Of a DNA stretch of 64,000 bases, positions 29,400-42,548 are shown piece by piece. The first letter of the stretch is position 1. The number at the start of each line of letters is the position of its first letter. The notes below the pieces were generated by a model. That model made no database searches. It had not been told where the DNA came from and saw only the letters and a program-made list of their open reading frames with translations. This DNA comes from the human T2T-CHM13v2.0 reference genome, Homo sapiens. Location: assembly GCF_009914755.1 (NCBI RefSeq), contig NC_060929.1. One strand, 5' to 3'. The position numbers and the translations under genes are program-made.

Positions 29400-29758
29400 G
29401 CCACTGTAGACCCTGATTCAGGTTCCTTCTCCCAAGAACTAGGACTAATTAATAGCTAATTAATCTTCATGTGACTGGGAAGACAATATGTTGATCTAGG
29501 AGCCTTGGGGCAACCACATTCTGCAATGTGACCAGAGAACCAGAGAAAGCTGGTCTGCAGAGAGAGAGAAAAGGAAAAGCAGATGTTCTGAGAGCAGCAG
29601 AAACGAGAGGCCGACTTCGCTCCTGGGTTGCTGACAAGCTATTCCTGCTCTTGGGCTCCATGAGATACCCGTTATCCTTATACCACCCCCCACATTTTGC
29701 TTAAGCTAGCTCAGATTGATTTATATTTCTTTCATCCAAAAGTATCTGAACTAATACC
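29400..29758 (+). mobile_element. LTR33/LTR16-like ERVL LTR remnant
   Basis: GCTGGTCTGCAGAGAGAGAG..TTTGCTTAAGCTAGCTCAG..AACTAATAC. Confidence 0.5.
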
Positions 29759-30661
29759 AGGAACTATCTTCTTGATGATTTTAGAGCTCATCTATTCCCT
29801 CCACAGTTTATGGGCCAATTTCTCCTCTGTATGTAACTTTCAAATCCAAATATTGATTTTTTCCTTCTCTAATTAGACCAACACATTAAAGGAAAAATAT
29901 CCCCCAAAAAATAAAAAAAACCAGTCAACATGGCCTCCATACTTTGAAGTCACATGGGATCCATATGGACTTAAACAAGAGACAAAAGATAAATTCAGGG
30001 ATGCCTCCCTTCCTTACAGCATTTCATAACATGGTACCAGCCTGTAAAATCAAGACATCAAGAACGATTTGGCTAACTTGCTCAATTTTTCCTAAAATAG
30101 GCAAGTGCTGAAATACACAGATTCATGAGATTCTAGCTGAAACATATACAAAGCTGATCTTAGGAAAAATTGGGAAATAAGTGGAATTTGTTAATGTTTC
30201 CCCCAACTCCACTTTTTGTGTTTTTCTCCCATTCAAGCCCTCACATTGCCCTACCCACTTGCCCCAGAAGGAAGCCATCTGACAAACTAAATTATAGTGA
30301 AGGGTTAGTGGCAATTTGTTACTCCTAGTAGGTGTATTCGCATTTTTTAAAAAAACTAGAAAGGGCAATTCAAAACCAAAGAAATGATTATCTAATGTTG
30401 GCTTTTTGCTCCAATGCAAATTGGAAAGGAGCTATTTTGTGGCAGTCTAATTGCTCTGAAAACTTCTCTACTTGCATATAAAGCCAGCAGTGACTTTGGT
30501 AAATAAGGTGAACATAAAATAGAATGAAAAAAATTGGTAGCTAATCTTGAGGAATTGTACCTTTTATTTCCTTTTTGGAGGCCCAAATTCCAAGCCAGAA
30601 GCTGGGAATAGAATGAATGATTGGAAAGCAAACCATAGGCTGGGGTGGACAAGAACCTTTG

Positions 30662-30698
<37 letters not shown>

Positions 30699-30711
30699 CG
30701 CGTGCGTGTGT
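30662..30711. repeat. (TG)n/(CG) alternating purine-pyrimidine microsatellite
   Basis: GTGCGTGTGTG..GTGCGTGCGCGTGCGTGTGT. Confidence 0.95.
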
Positions 30712-31462
30712 TAGAATTGGCTAAAGGGGCATCTGAGTTGGGGCCAGGGGGAGCAGAGGGGACACACATCTCATCAAAGACATAAGCTCTTAGACCAGAA
30801 AACCATGTCACCGAGAGCCAGTTAGGAAAAAGAAAACAGTCCCACAATTGCCCTGCAAGTCTTGACTCTTTCTTCTGTAGCATAAAAGAGATGGGCTCTT
30901 CTGTAAAAAGATCAGAGCCCTTCAGCCTGGGTGGGCAGCCAGCAAACCGCAGTCCCTCCTCCACTGCCAGGCTGTCTCACAGAAGTGACCAAGAGGCATT
31001 TAACGAGCTATCGCCACCACAGGGAAGAGAGCCAGAGATGCCGGCCTGCCTTTAATGTAGGCATGAGGATGGGAGTCCTGACCAGTTCCAGGAAAATGAC
31101 ACTGACTAAAGAGCAGTGGAACTTCACCCCACATGAAGGGAAGTGCTAGAGGCTCCAGAAAGGCCCATGTGGGGATGGAGGGTGTTTGAGCTGAGTGCTT
31201 GCATTTGCCTGTTATGGTAAGGACCCAGTGAAGCATCAGATTAGAAGTGAAAAGTCCATGTTTTACTTACACTTGGGACCAGGGTAAGGCCTGCTGTTTG
31301 TTCCCTGCTCTGTGGGATTGACCTTGGAGAAAGGTTACATGCTACAACTAATTGCTATGGGTAGGTGATGTGGAAAGAATGTAGGGATATCAAAAATGAA
31401 TCCAAGAGTGGAAGCCTAAGGCCTGAAGTTTATGCCCAGGGCACTTCAAAATCACCCTCAGA

Positions 31463-32080
31463 CAATGTAAAATTGTGCAGTTGCTATGGAAAACAGCATG
31501 GAGATTCCTCACAATATTAAAAATAGAATTACCCTATGATCCAGCAATCTCACTTCCAGTGTATATCCAAAAGAATCAAAAGCAGGATCTCAAAGAGAAG
31601 TTTACACATCCATGTTCATTACAGCATTATTCACAATAGCCAAGAGGTGAAAACAACCTAAATCTCCATACACAGATGAATGAATGAATTAAATGTGGTA
31701 TATACACACAATGAAATGGTTTTTAGTCTTACAAACAAAAGAAATGCTGTCACATGTTACAACATGGACAAACCTTGATGACATTATGCTAAGGGAAATA
31801 GGCCAATCACAAGAAGACAAATCCTGTGTGATTACATTTATATGGGATATCTAAAGTAGTTAAACTCATAGAAACAGAAAGTAGAATGGTAATTGTCAGG
31901 GGCTGCAGGGAGAGGGAAATGGGCAGTGGTTCAGAGAATATAGAGTTTCAGTTTTGCAAGATGAAAAAGTTCCAGAGGTCCAATGTGCAACAATGTGATT
32001 ATAGTTGACACTGAACTATGCTTAAAAATAGTTAAGATGGTAAATTTTATGTTACGCATTTTTACCACAATTAAAAACAA
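31463..32080 (+). mobile_element. L1MB-type 3' end
   Basis: ATGGAAAACAGCATGG..TATGATCCAGCAATC..AAAATAGTTAAGATGGTAAATTTTATGTTA. Confidence 0.85.
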
Positions 32081-34669
32081 AAGCAAAAATCCAAACAGGT
32101 GATCTACGAGGAGCAAAGAAAGTTTACTTTTTCGGTGAGGAGAGCTGGAGTGGGACCACCCGGAAGTATTTTCCCCAGCAGTAGGGAGGGTGGAAAGGGT
32201 CAGCAGGTGTCAACCTGATGTGGGAAATGTGGCACATTTAGCAAAACCAGGGCTGACTCTGGGGTGGTTTTTGTTTCAGGAGCAGCCCCAGAAGGCGCCC
32301 CATTCTTGGGCCTCCTCCTTCACTCACTGGGAAGTAAACAGAGATGGGAGGCTCCCTGTTCTGGGAAAAAGCTAATCAAATGATCCAACTGCTCCTCGTC
32401 TGCAACCCCGAGAGAGGTACCAGGAAACACAGTTTTGGCTGAGAGAAGGGTAGCCATGAATAAGGGAGGCTGTCACGGAAAACTGCTCCCCCACCTCCCA
32501 GCTCTGTCCAGGCCTTAGCCTCTGCACGCTGCCCCAGAGCAGGTATCAGCCAGGGGCTGGCGCTAGACCAGCTCCTGGAGCAGTCATCCAGCCTCCCGCC
32601 TCTGCACTTTGGAAAAGCAACTGTCTTCTATCCCCATCCCATTATTTAGTGTTTGGGAAGGACCCAAAGTTAGCTAGGAGGCTGTGGCTTTGAATCGCTC
32701 ACTGCAAAGGTGGGTTGTAGTGTTAAGAGAACAGTTATGAAGCTTGTAAATCCAAACCCCCATGAATAGTTTTCTGGAGTATTCCCCAGTGTCACTCTTT
32801 GCTGAGACTAGGGGAGGAATAGGGGCTGCAGAGAGATACGCTTCTCTCTCACTGGGAAGCAGTGTTCCTGTGACCCTGTTTCAATCTTTGGTAATGAACC
32901 ATTTCAGAACAACTGAAATCACTGGAGTCACTAATAATTACATAAATTTGATTTTCTTTTTTCACTTAAAATGCTTAAGTCTTCATCCACAAGGGCCCAT
33001 TTTTAGTAACACACTGAATCCTGCCAACATCCTGGGGCTGATTTGATCTTTACACTTCTAGGAATGTCCAAGGACGTTGGGGGTTCGGGCTGCCAAGATG
33101 GATGTGAACATGTGTGACTAGCAAGGAGCTTCTAAGGTCTGAAGATTGAGAAGGTCAAGGGTCAATCTCTCCTAAGCTCCAAAGAGTCAGTGGTCTCCTC
33201 TCAGATCCTTTCCTCTGAGTTCTTCTCCAACCTTTTGAAAACGAGATCCCCATTTCACCTCAGCCACAAGGTGATCCAGTGCCAGGATTGGTTGTAGACA
33301 CTCTAACCAGTCCCCAGGGCCACATCAATGCACTGTCCAAGAAGGCAAGGATTTGGAATGCCAAAACCCCCCAGAGATGGCAACAGGATTCTGTGATGAT
33401 GTGGTTTATGGAGTCTCATTTTTTAAAATCCGGCATACTTACAATGAAAGATGCTGTGGAAAAATCACTGGACTTACCCCAACTCCTTTGCTATTTATTG
33501 CCTTGGATGGCACCAAGGTTATATTAGAACACAGCTGTAAAGAAGCCGGAAGAGGCTTCGGAACAACTAAAACACATTTTCCCCCAAAGTGAATCTCTAG
33601 TTAACCCTTTATACAACATAAGCAATGTACCTCTTGCATAGTATTCTTTAAATATTGAGACAAGATTAGCAAACAATAGCAATTTCATGCCCTGAATTGA
33701 GGCTACACTCATGTTTTGTAGTGCCTGCCATTCTCACAATAGTAGTCTCTGATAGCCAAACTCTACTTTTCGTTGCACTCCAGGTCTTAAGACTCAGACC
33801 CTTCTTTCCCTCCCATGGCTAAGGGCCCACCATGCAGAGGTGAGGATAATTTTCCTTTTGGCCTCCATTCTCTGCAGGAAGCCAGCTGAGGGAGTCATGT
33901 TGCCCTAAGTCTTGTTTTACTGTGGCTGACTTTACTGTATGTTTGTGTTCCAGGACCTCAATATTTGCAGCTCCTAAACTGTCATCTCAAATCCATTACA
34001 GCTATGGGTGAAGCTAATAAAACTGCTCAAGAATCAAGACAGTTGACTGCAGCAGGACAAAACCTGGCACGCATTTCACAGGCAAGATTCTTCAATTAAA
34101 ACTTTTATTCCAGCTGACCACAGGTCAACACCTGGTTAGCCTCTTTCAAGGCTCTCCTGAGAAGTTTGTAGAGCTCCCAATGCCAGTGGATCATGACTCA
34201 GTCAATGATATCAGATGTGAGGCTGCTCTTGCTGCCATGAATCTAGCTGTCATTTAACAAGATGGTCTAAACTAGGCCAATTATTTGCTCAATTTTGTAC
34301 AGCCATGTTTAAGGATACAAGAAATCTGCTCTCAGATCTCTGGGGAACATTCAAATCAAAGATTGCAGACATCAAAAGTCCTTGAAAAGCCATCTGGGAA
34401 CTTTTGTGTGCTTACAAGCTTGCTCTTGAATCTCACACACACACTTGCAAAATGACAAGCAGATACCATAGACTTCTGGGAAAATTCATTACCACACTAT
34501 AGCCTGACAAAAAGTCGCAGGCTTTTTAAGGTCATATGTCACCTACCAAGGCAATCCCAGCACTTATTCCCCAACCACAGGGCCAATTGCTTTCAGGGGA
34601 AATAAAGTCAACATCTCCATAATGATGGTCTAGTGATATGCTAGTTAATAAAGAAGTAAAATAAGCAAC

Positions 34670-34870
34670 AGTAATAAAAATAGCCACCATTTGTTAAGTA
34701 CTTGGCATATATGATTGAACTTTTAACTTACACTATGCAATTGATCTTCATAATAATTCTATGAGGCAAGTATTAAAATTTTTACCTTATAGATAAAATC
34801 AGTGCTGAGAGAAGTAACTTTTCCCAAGACATAAACTTTTAAGAGGCATGGCTCATGACCCCAGAACTGA
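34670..34870 (-). mobile_element. MIR
   Basis: AATAGCCACCATTTGTTAAG..CTATGAGGCAAGTATT..AAGTAACTTTTCCCAAG. Confidence 0.6.
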
Positions 34871-34980
34871 TATGGCATTTGGCACAGTTAACCAATGGGT
34901 TGATTATCAGATGGACTGACAAACAGCTCAGATCTCTGAAAAGAAAAGATGAGACTTCATCTTTTCAATAGTGGCAAAAG

Positions 34981-35062
34981 TATTATATGGAACCATATGA
35001 AATTGCAATTTTACAGGTGAAAAAAGTCAACTGTGAGCACTTTTGTACATTTTAATTTAATA
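34981..35062. mobile_element. MADE2 (mariner-derived MITE), degenerate palindrome
   Basis: TATTATATGGAACCATATGAAATTGC..TTTAATA matches the MADE2 terminal inverted repeat TATTAGGTTGAACCATATGAAATTGCC. Confidence 0.7.
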
Positions 35063-35296
35063 AATCTATTATAGAAGGTGTGACTATTCAGAAACGTGGT
35101 TGGTTTTCAAACAGATGTATTAAAATTCACACATCTAAATCAATGCTTTAAAAACCTGTCATCACACTTTATTGAGAACATCATTTATTTTTATAGTTCT
35201 AAAATATTTAGTCCTACATATTTATTCAAAATCAGCTGGTCTTTGGAAGTCCTCATGACAAGGCATTTGTCACAAGATGTTTGGTATGCTTGGAAG

Positions 35297-35502
35297 GGCG
35301 GTATCATATAATGGCTAAGAACAACTTTCTAGATATTTATCTTAGGCAAATTACTTATCTATTCCTTCCTTATCTGCAAGAGCAGGATCATAATTGTGTC
35401 AATCTCATAGGCTGGGCATAGGAATTAAGTGAGGAAATAGTGCTTAGAACAACGTTCAGGACATACTAAGAGTTCAGTTAGTGTTAGCTGTTTTTATTAC
35501 TA
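35297..35502 (+). mobile_element. MIR
   Basis: CTTAGGCAAATTACTT..CTTATCTGCAA..GTGCTTAGAACA..TGTTAGCTGTT. Confidence 0.65.
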
Positions 35503-35578
35503 CCATAGGATTTAGTCTATATGAATGCACAGATGTTGGAATAGCAATAGAGTGCATGAGTAGCCAGTAATATAAACT

Positions 35579-35797
35579 TTATTGGTCTGTTTTCATGCTG
35601 CTGATAAAGACATACTCGAGGCTGGGTAATTTATAAAGAAAAAGAGGTTTAATGGACTCACAGTTCCACACGGCTGCGGAGACCTCAGAATCATGGCAAA
35701 AGGCATATCTTACGTGGTAGCAGGCAAGAGAGAATGAGAGCCAAGTGAAAGGGGAAACCCCATATAAAACCATCAGATCTCGTGAGACTTATTCACG
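35579..35797 (-). mobile_element. THE1 LTR, truncated
   Basis: GTCTGTTTTCATGCTGCTGATAAAGACATAC..CAGATCTCGTGAGACTTATTCAC, then an abrupt switch to L1MC sequence. Confidence 0.85.
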
Positions 35798-35980
35798 TGA
35801 TAATGATGTGTCAATGTATGTTCATCAACTGTAACAAATGTACCAGTCTGGTGGAAGATATTGATAATGAGAGAGGCTATGCATGTGTAGGGATAGGATA
35901 TGTGATAAATCTACGTACCTTCCTATCAATTTTGCTGTGAGCCTAAAAGTGTTCTAAAATAGAAAGCCTATTAATAAAAG
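35798..35980 (+). mobile_element. L1MC-type 3' terminus
   Basis: GTTCATCAACTGTAACAAATGTACC..AATTTTGCTGTGAGCCTAAAAGTGTTCTAAAA. Confidence 0.75.
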
Positions 35981-36138
35981 ACAATCCCTAAAAACTGAAA
36001 ATAAGTGAGAACAAATGACCCCAACTGTCCACAAAACTGGTAGCATAGCATAGCTAAACATAGAAAAACTATTTCAATATGAAATAATTTTAGTGTATAT
36101 CCTGAGTGGAATGTACACTGAGGAAAAAAAGAATTACA

Positions 36139-36432
36139 GGCCAGGTGCAGTGGCTCACGCCTGTAATCCTAGCACTTTGGGAGGCCGAGGCGGGTGGATC
36201 ATAAGGTCAGGAGATAGAGAACATCCTGGCTAACACAGTGAAACTCTGTCTCTACTAAAAATACAAAAAAATATTTAGCCAGGCATGGTGGCGGGCGCCT
36301 GTAGTCCCAGCTACTCAGGAGGCTGAGGCAGGAGAATGGCATGAACCTGGGAGGCGGAGCTTGTAGTGAGCCAAGATTGCACCACTGCACTCCAGCCTGG
36401 GCAACAGAGCAAGACTCCATCAAAAAAAAAAA
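36139..36432 (+). mobile_element. AluY-like element
   Basis: CATCCTGGCTAACAC, GAATGGCATGAACC, GCGGAGCTTG; TSD AGAATTACA. Confidence 0.92.
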
Positions 36433-36565
36433 CAGAATTACAAAGATAATTTTTAAAATATTAAACTATTTTTAATAATCATATTGTTGGTAGTAGCATT
36501 AGTTTTGTTATTTTTAGACAGTGCTGTATATGTTACGAAATAAAATAAAAGAGTAATTGTACATA

Positions 36566-36695
36566 TTTTTTTTTTTGAGAGAGATGGGGTCTTGCTACAT
36601 TGCCTAGGGTAGCCTTGAATTCCTGGTCTTCAGTAATCCTCCTGCCTCAGCCTCCTGAGTAGTTGAGAGTATAGGCACATATCACTGTGCCCAGC
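36566..36695 (-). mobile_element. FLAM (free left Alu monomer)
   Basis: Single reverse monomer with T tail; flanking AAAAGAGTAATT repeats. Confidence 0.8.
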
Positions 36696-37065
36696 AGAAA
36701 AAGAGTAATTATATTGTATCATTGAGAACCAGGACTTGCTAATGCAAGATAAGGTAAATAGGTGATGGTTTGATGGGGTTAAGTCTTAAAGTCTTCAATT
36801 TGAATTTGAAGTGTTAGTTATACATTTATAATGTATTTTTTCTGTAAGAAATAAAATCATTCCCAACTTCTGTCCTTTGCAAAGGCCTGGAAGTGATGAC
36901 CAATCCAGTAACAATGAGCACTCCCAGTGCTCAGATTATGGTCCCTAAATATCATTTCCAACCTAAAAGGGTCAATTCTGGGTCTGCAACAGGAAATATA
37001 AAAAAAAGAGTCTGTAACATTTTGTCTTAACAGAAAGCAAAAAATCTATTAAAGATTACTGGGGT

Positions 37066-37521
37066 TGCTATGGGTTGAATTGTGTTCCCCCAAAATATGT
37101 GTTCAAAATCTAACCCCTTATACATGTGAATGTGACCTTATTTGAAAATAGAGTCTTTAAAGATGTAATCAGGTTAAAATGAGGTGATATTGGACTAGGG
37201 TGGGTCCAAATCCAGTGACTGGTATCTTAATAAGAAGAGGGAAGTATGGACACAGACACAGAGAGGGAGAGAATGCCATGTGATAATGGAGACAGAGACT
37301 GGAGTGATATCCGCAAGGCAAGGAACATCAAGGATTGTGGCAATGGCCAGATGCTAGGAGAGAGGCATGGAACAGATTCTCTCCCAGAGTCTCCCAAAAT
37401 AACCAATCTTACCAATGTCTTGATTTCAAACTTCCAGCCTCCAGAGCTGTGAGGCAATACATTCTGCAGTAAGCCACCCAGTTTGTGGAATTTGTTACAG
37501 CAGCCCTACGAAACTAACATA
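37066..37521 (+). mobile_element. MLT1C-like solo LTR
   Basis: TGCTATGGGTTGAATTGTGTTCCCCCAAAA..TTGTTACAGCAGCCCTACGAAACTAACA. Confidence 0.88.
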
Positions 37522-37653
37522 GAAATTATGTCAAGAAGACTCAGAAGCCAACTGGAAGCAGCTGTCACTGGCCAAATATGGGACAATTTGGGCATCAACC
37601 ATAATAATTCCAATAAAGTGAAACAATTAGGCATGTTTAAATCCAGAGAATTA

Positions 37654-37971
37654 TTTTTTTTTTGTTTTTTGTTTTTTTGTTTTTTGTTTTGAGATGGAGT
37701 CTCACTCTGTCGCCCAGGCTGGAATGCAGTGGCACAATCTCGGCTCACTGCAAGCTCCGCCACCCAGGTTCAAGTGATTCTTCTGCCTCAGCCTCCTGAG
37801 TAGCTGGGATTACAGGTGCCCACCACCATGCCTGGCTAATTTTTTGTATTTTTAGTAGAGACAGGGTTTCACTGTGTTGGCCAGGTTGGTCTCGAATGCC
37901 TGACCTCGTGATCCACCCACCTCGGCCTCCCAAAGTGCTAGGATTATAGGCATGAGCCACCACACCCGGCC
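37654..37971 (-). mobile_element. AluS (Sg/Sc-like)
   Basis: Full reverse Alu with a G-interrupted T tail. Confidence 0.93.
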
Positions 37972-37988
37972 TATATTGTTAGTTAAAA

Positions 37989-38299
37989 TTTTGTTTGTTT
38001 GTTTGTTTGTTTGTTTTTGAGACAGAGTCTCACTCTGTCACCAAGGCTGCAGCGCAATGGCGCATTCTCCACTCACTGCAACCTCTGCCTCCCGGTTTCA
38101 AGCGATTTTTCTGCCTCAGCCTCCTTAGTACCTGGGATTACAGGTGTGCCCCACCATGCCTGGCTAATTTTTGTATTTTTTAGTAGAGATGGGGTTTCTC
38201 CATGTTGGTCATGCTGGTCTTGAACTCCTGACCTCGTGATCCACCTGCTTCGGCCTCCCAAAGTGCTGGGATTACAGGTGTGAGCCACCGTGCCCGGCC
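37989..38299 (-). mobile_element. AluS (Sg-like) with a (TTTG)n tail
   Basis: Full reverse Alu ending GTGCCCGGCC. Confidence 0.93.
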
Positions 38300-38498
38300 T
38301 ATTTAAAAAATTTTAAAACCTAATTGGATAACTGTGGAGTATACTAGAGAACTAACTCAATATTTTGATAAAATATAAGGGAAAGAATCAAGCATTTATT
38401 CTGACTTATGTAAACTGTATGACTGGGTAACCAAAAAGTAGGTGAGGGGAACTTTATGGAAGTGTTCCAGCTAATATGTGATAGAATGTTGCCATTTT

Positions 38499-38937
<439 letters not shown>

Positions 38938-39600
38938 TCAAACCTAATTCAATCAAGTCTCTAGATTCAACCACCAATTTCTAGAGAACACAAGGGACAA
39001 ATGACATTATTAAAAATATTATGGGTATGCAAAAACAAAAAAGAAAAGCAAAAAATACTGTGGGTATGCAATCAGCAATACGCAGGACAAAATCTCACAA
39101 GAAAAAATGATTTGATTTTTTTGACAAATAAATTGTGAGGAGGGAAAAAAAAAACCACAAAAGGGAACCCCTAGATTAAAGGAGGCTTCAGAGACATTAA
39201 CCTATTGTAATGTGTGGAACTTCACTTGAATCCTGATTCTAATAAAGAAACCGAAGAAAAAATATTTATGAGATGTTTAGAGTAATTGACTGGATATAAA
39301 GGAATTATTGGTAATTTTTTATGTGTGATAATTCGTTTTTTAAAAAAAATCCTTTCTTTTTAGTGATCAAAACTTACAGATAAAAAAAAATATGTGTTCT
39401 GGGGTTTGCTTTAAAATAATTCACCAGGGTGAGGCAAGGTGGGTGGGGTACAGATAAAATTAGATTGGCCACGTCTTTGTAATTGCTGAAGATGAATACA
39501 TAGGAGTTTACTATAACTTTTCTTCTACTGTTGAATATTTTAAATATTTTTTATACTAAAAAGTTCAGAGGGGAAAAAACTTCACCAAAAAACGGGGTCC

Positions 39601-40004
<404 letters not shown>

Positions 40005-41199
40005 CTAGAGGCTGTTTTCTCCCTGTGAGCCAATTGTGAGTCCTGCCCTAACTCATAGGGCTGCAGTGAAGAGTAAGTAAAGGTTGAAAGCATGTCACAA
40101 ACACAAAATGCTAAGTGTTTAACAATGGTCATTGGAAGGCAGTTCTCTTTATCTTTTTGTTGGGTTTAGGTTCAGGGCCACAACACCCCTTTGGAATTAT
40201 GTATTTATTGCCATTGTCTTGGGTTTTTGGACACGAAGATAGATCCAGACCCCTGGCTGCCAGGCCCTTAGTCTGATATCTAAACCACCCACCCATTTCC
40301 CATGGTAACTTTCATTTCAGGAAAATATTTATGGGAAGGCACCTGCTCCCAGGATGAAAAAAATCCAGCATTTGAACTGAAATCATTTTCTCCCATCCTC
40401 GTTTTAACCCACTATGTCATTTGTTAAGGGCATGTCATGTTGAGGTTGCCTCCCATGGGAGAGGAGTCACAAATCCCACAAAACAATGACATTTCGTCAT
40501 ATAAGGCCTTGGTCTGTAACACAGATTCATCATTACCAGAATAGTACTTTGAAAATAATGAATCACTAACGGAATAAACACTTCTGGAGTTAGACATCGT
40601 GGCTGCCAAAGCAATAATTATGATTAATATGCTCACAACACAAGCAAATCAATGGACCTTTTATTACTGATGTCATCTGCAGGCTTTCTGGCAGCATTTT
40701 AAATTAAGAATTAGTATAATTAGCAATAATCACAATGAAATTTGGGATCCTTATGACCCCTCTACAAGATTTCTCAATTGGTCTACACAAGCCTGTAAAG
40801 CAGCTTCGTGTCAAGTATGATTACACCCATTTCACAGATAATGAAACAGGTTTGTAGTTTTCTCAACATCTAGTCAGTTAATCAAGACTATCCAGAGAAG
40901 AGTTCTTAATCTGTCAGCCCACAAGTATTTTTCTCTCCTATAGCATTTGTGATCTGAATAAATTTCAAAATTTATTGAAATGCAAACCTTTAAATAACAA
41001 AGCTATGCTAATTCTCACCCACCCCTTCCCAAATGGTAGAAGACATATTCCTATGTGGGTTCTCCGAAAAATAATTTCAAGCTTTCCTACAGGGCTCTGG
41101 TCTTCATTCTAGGAAGCGTGTCTTTTTGTTTCTGCGTTAGATGTTTGATGGTTGTATTCTGGGACACATAGGTACACATGAAACAGTATATGTTTCCTT

Positions 41200-42400
41200 A
41201 GTCATATGCAAAAATTAGCTAGACATGGATCACAGACCTAAATGTTAGAGCTAACCATGTAAGACTTTCCATAAGAAAAATAAAACTTTCCATTAGAAAA
41301 TACGGGAGAAAAATTCTTGTGACCTTGGGTTACACAAAGGTTTCTTAGAAAAGTCACAAAAAGTATGGTCCTGAAAAGAAAATCTTGATAAACTGGACTT
41401 CATCAAGATATAACATTTCTGCTCTTTAAAAGACACTGTTAAGAAAATGAAAAGATAAGTCACAGATTGGGAAAAAATATTTGCAAAACACAGTTGATAA
41501 AGGACATCTGGAATATGTATATTTACATATCTTTTGATTCACTAATGGGAAAAACCTAATGTTTAAAAAATGGGTAAAAGATTTTAACAGACACTTCACC
41601 AAAGAGGACATACCCATGGCAAATCAGCACACTGAGAGATACTTTACATAACTTGCCAGAGAGAAATGCACATGTAAACCATAATGGGATACCACCACGC
41701 ATATACAATAGCTAAAATGAAATTTAAAAGACTGATCATATGAAGATTTGGTGAGAATGCAGAGCAACTTGAAATTTTGTAGTTTGTTGGTTGGAATGTA
41801 AAAATGGTAGAGCTACTTTGGAAAAACAATTAAGCTGTTTCTTATAAAGTTACACATACACTTACCATATGACCCAGCAATCCTAAACCAAGAGAAATGA
41901 AGACATGTCCATACAAAGATGTAAATGTGAATATTTATAGTAAAGACCTGTTCATGAATTATATATAAGTCTTATTTATAATAGCCCCAAACTGAAAATG
42001 CCCAAATACACACCGATTGGTTAATGGATAAACAAACTGTGGTACATTCACACAAGGGAAACAAATCACTGGTACATACAAATAGATGGAATCTCACAAG
42101 CATTATGCTAAGTGAAAAAAGCCAGAAACAAGGAGCTACATATTGTTTGATTCTACTTATATGAAATTCTAGAAAACGCAAAGCTATAGGGACAGAAATC
42201 AGACCAGTGGTTGCCAAAAACTAGGAGTAGGAAGAAGAGATTGACTGTAAAGAGGCACAAGAAATCTTCTGAGGTGAAGGCAATGTTCTAGATCTTGATT
42301 GTGGCCAAGATACGCAGCTGTATGCATTTGGCAAACTCATTGAACTGAACACTTACAAAGGGAGATTATTAATTTCTGTAAATTATACCTCAATAAACTT
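41200..42400 (+). mobile_element. L1MB/ME 3' region
   Basis: ATGGATCACAGACCTAAATGT..TTAACAGACACTTCACCAAAG..TGTAAATTATACCTCAATAAA. Confidence 0.8.
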
Positions 42401-42548
42401 AATACTATGCAAGGTGCTTTAGAAAAGCTGATAAATTAGAGAGAAACAATTCTGTGTTCTGAGGGATTTCTAATTTAGATGTAAGAAAAAAAGTAATATT
42501 TAAAAGACAATGAATACATTCAGCTCTGCATTCAAGGAGCTTGAAAGC

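Noticed and set aside
30392-30964. 190-aa minus-strand ORF
   Set aside because: It runs through the (TG)n microsatellite (THTHTH) and has no recognisable domain.
34501-34528. Hairpin plus T run resembling a rho-independent terminator (AGCCTG..CAGGCT TTTT)
   Set aside because: Short stem expected by chance, and not meaningful in primate nuclear DNA.
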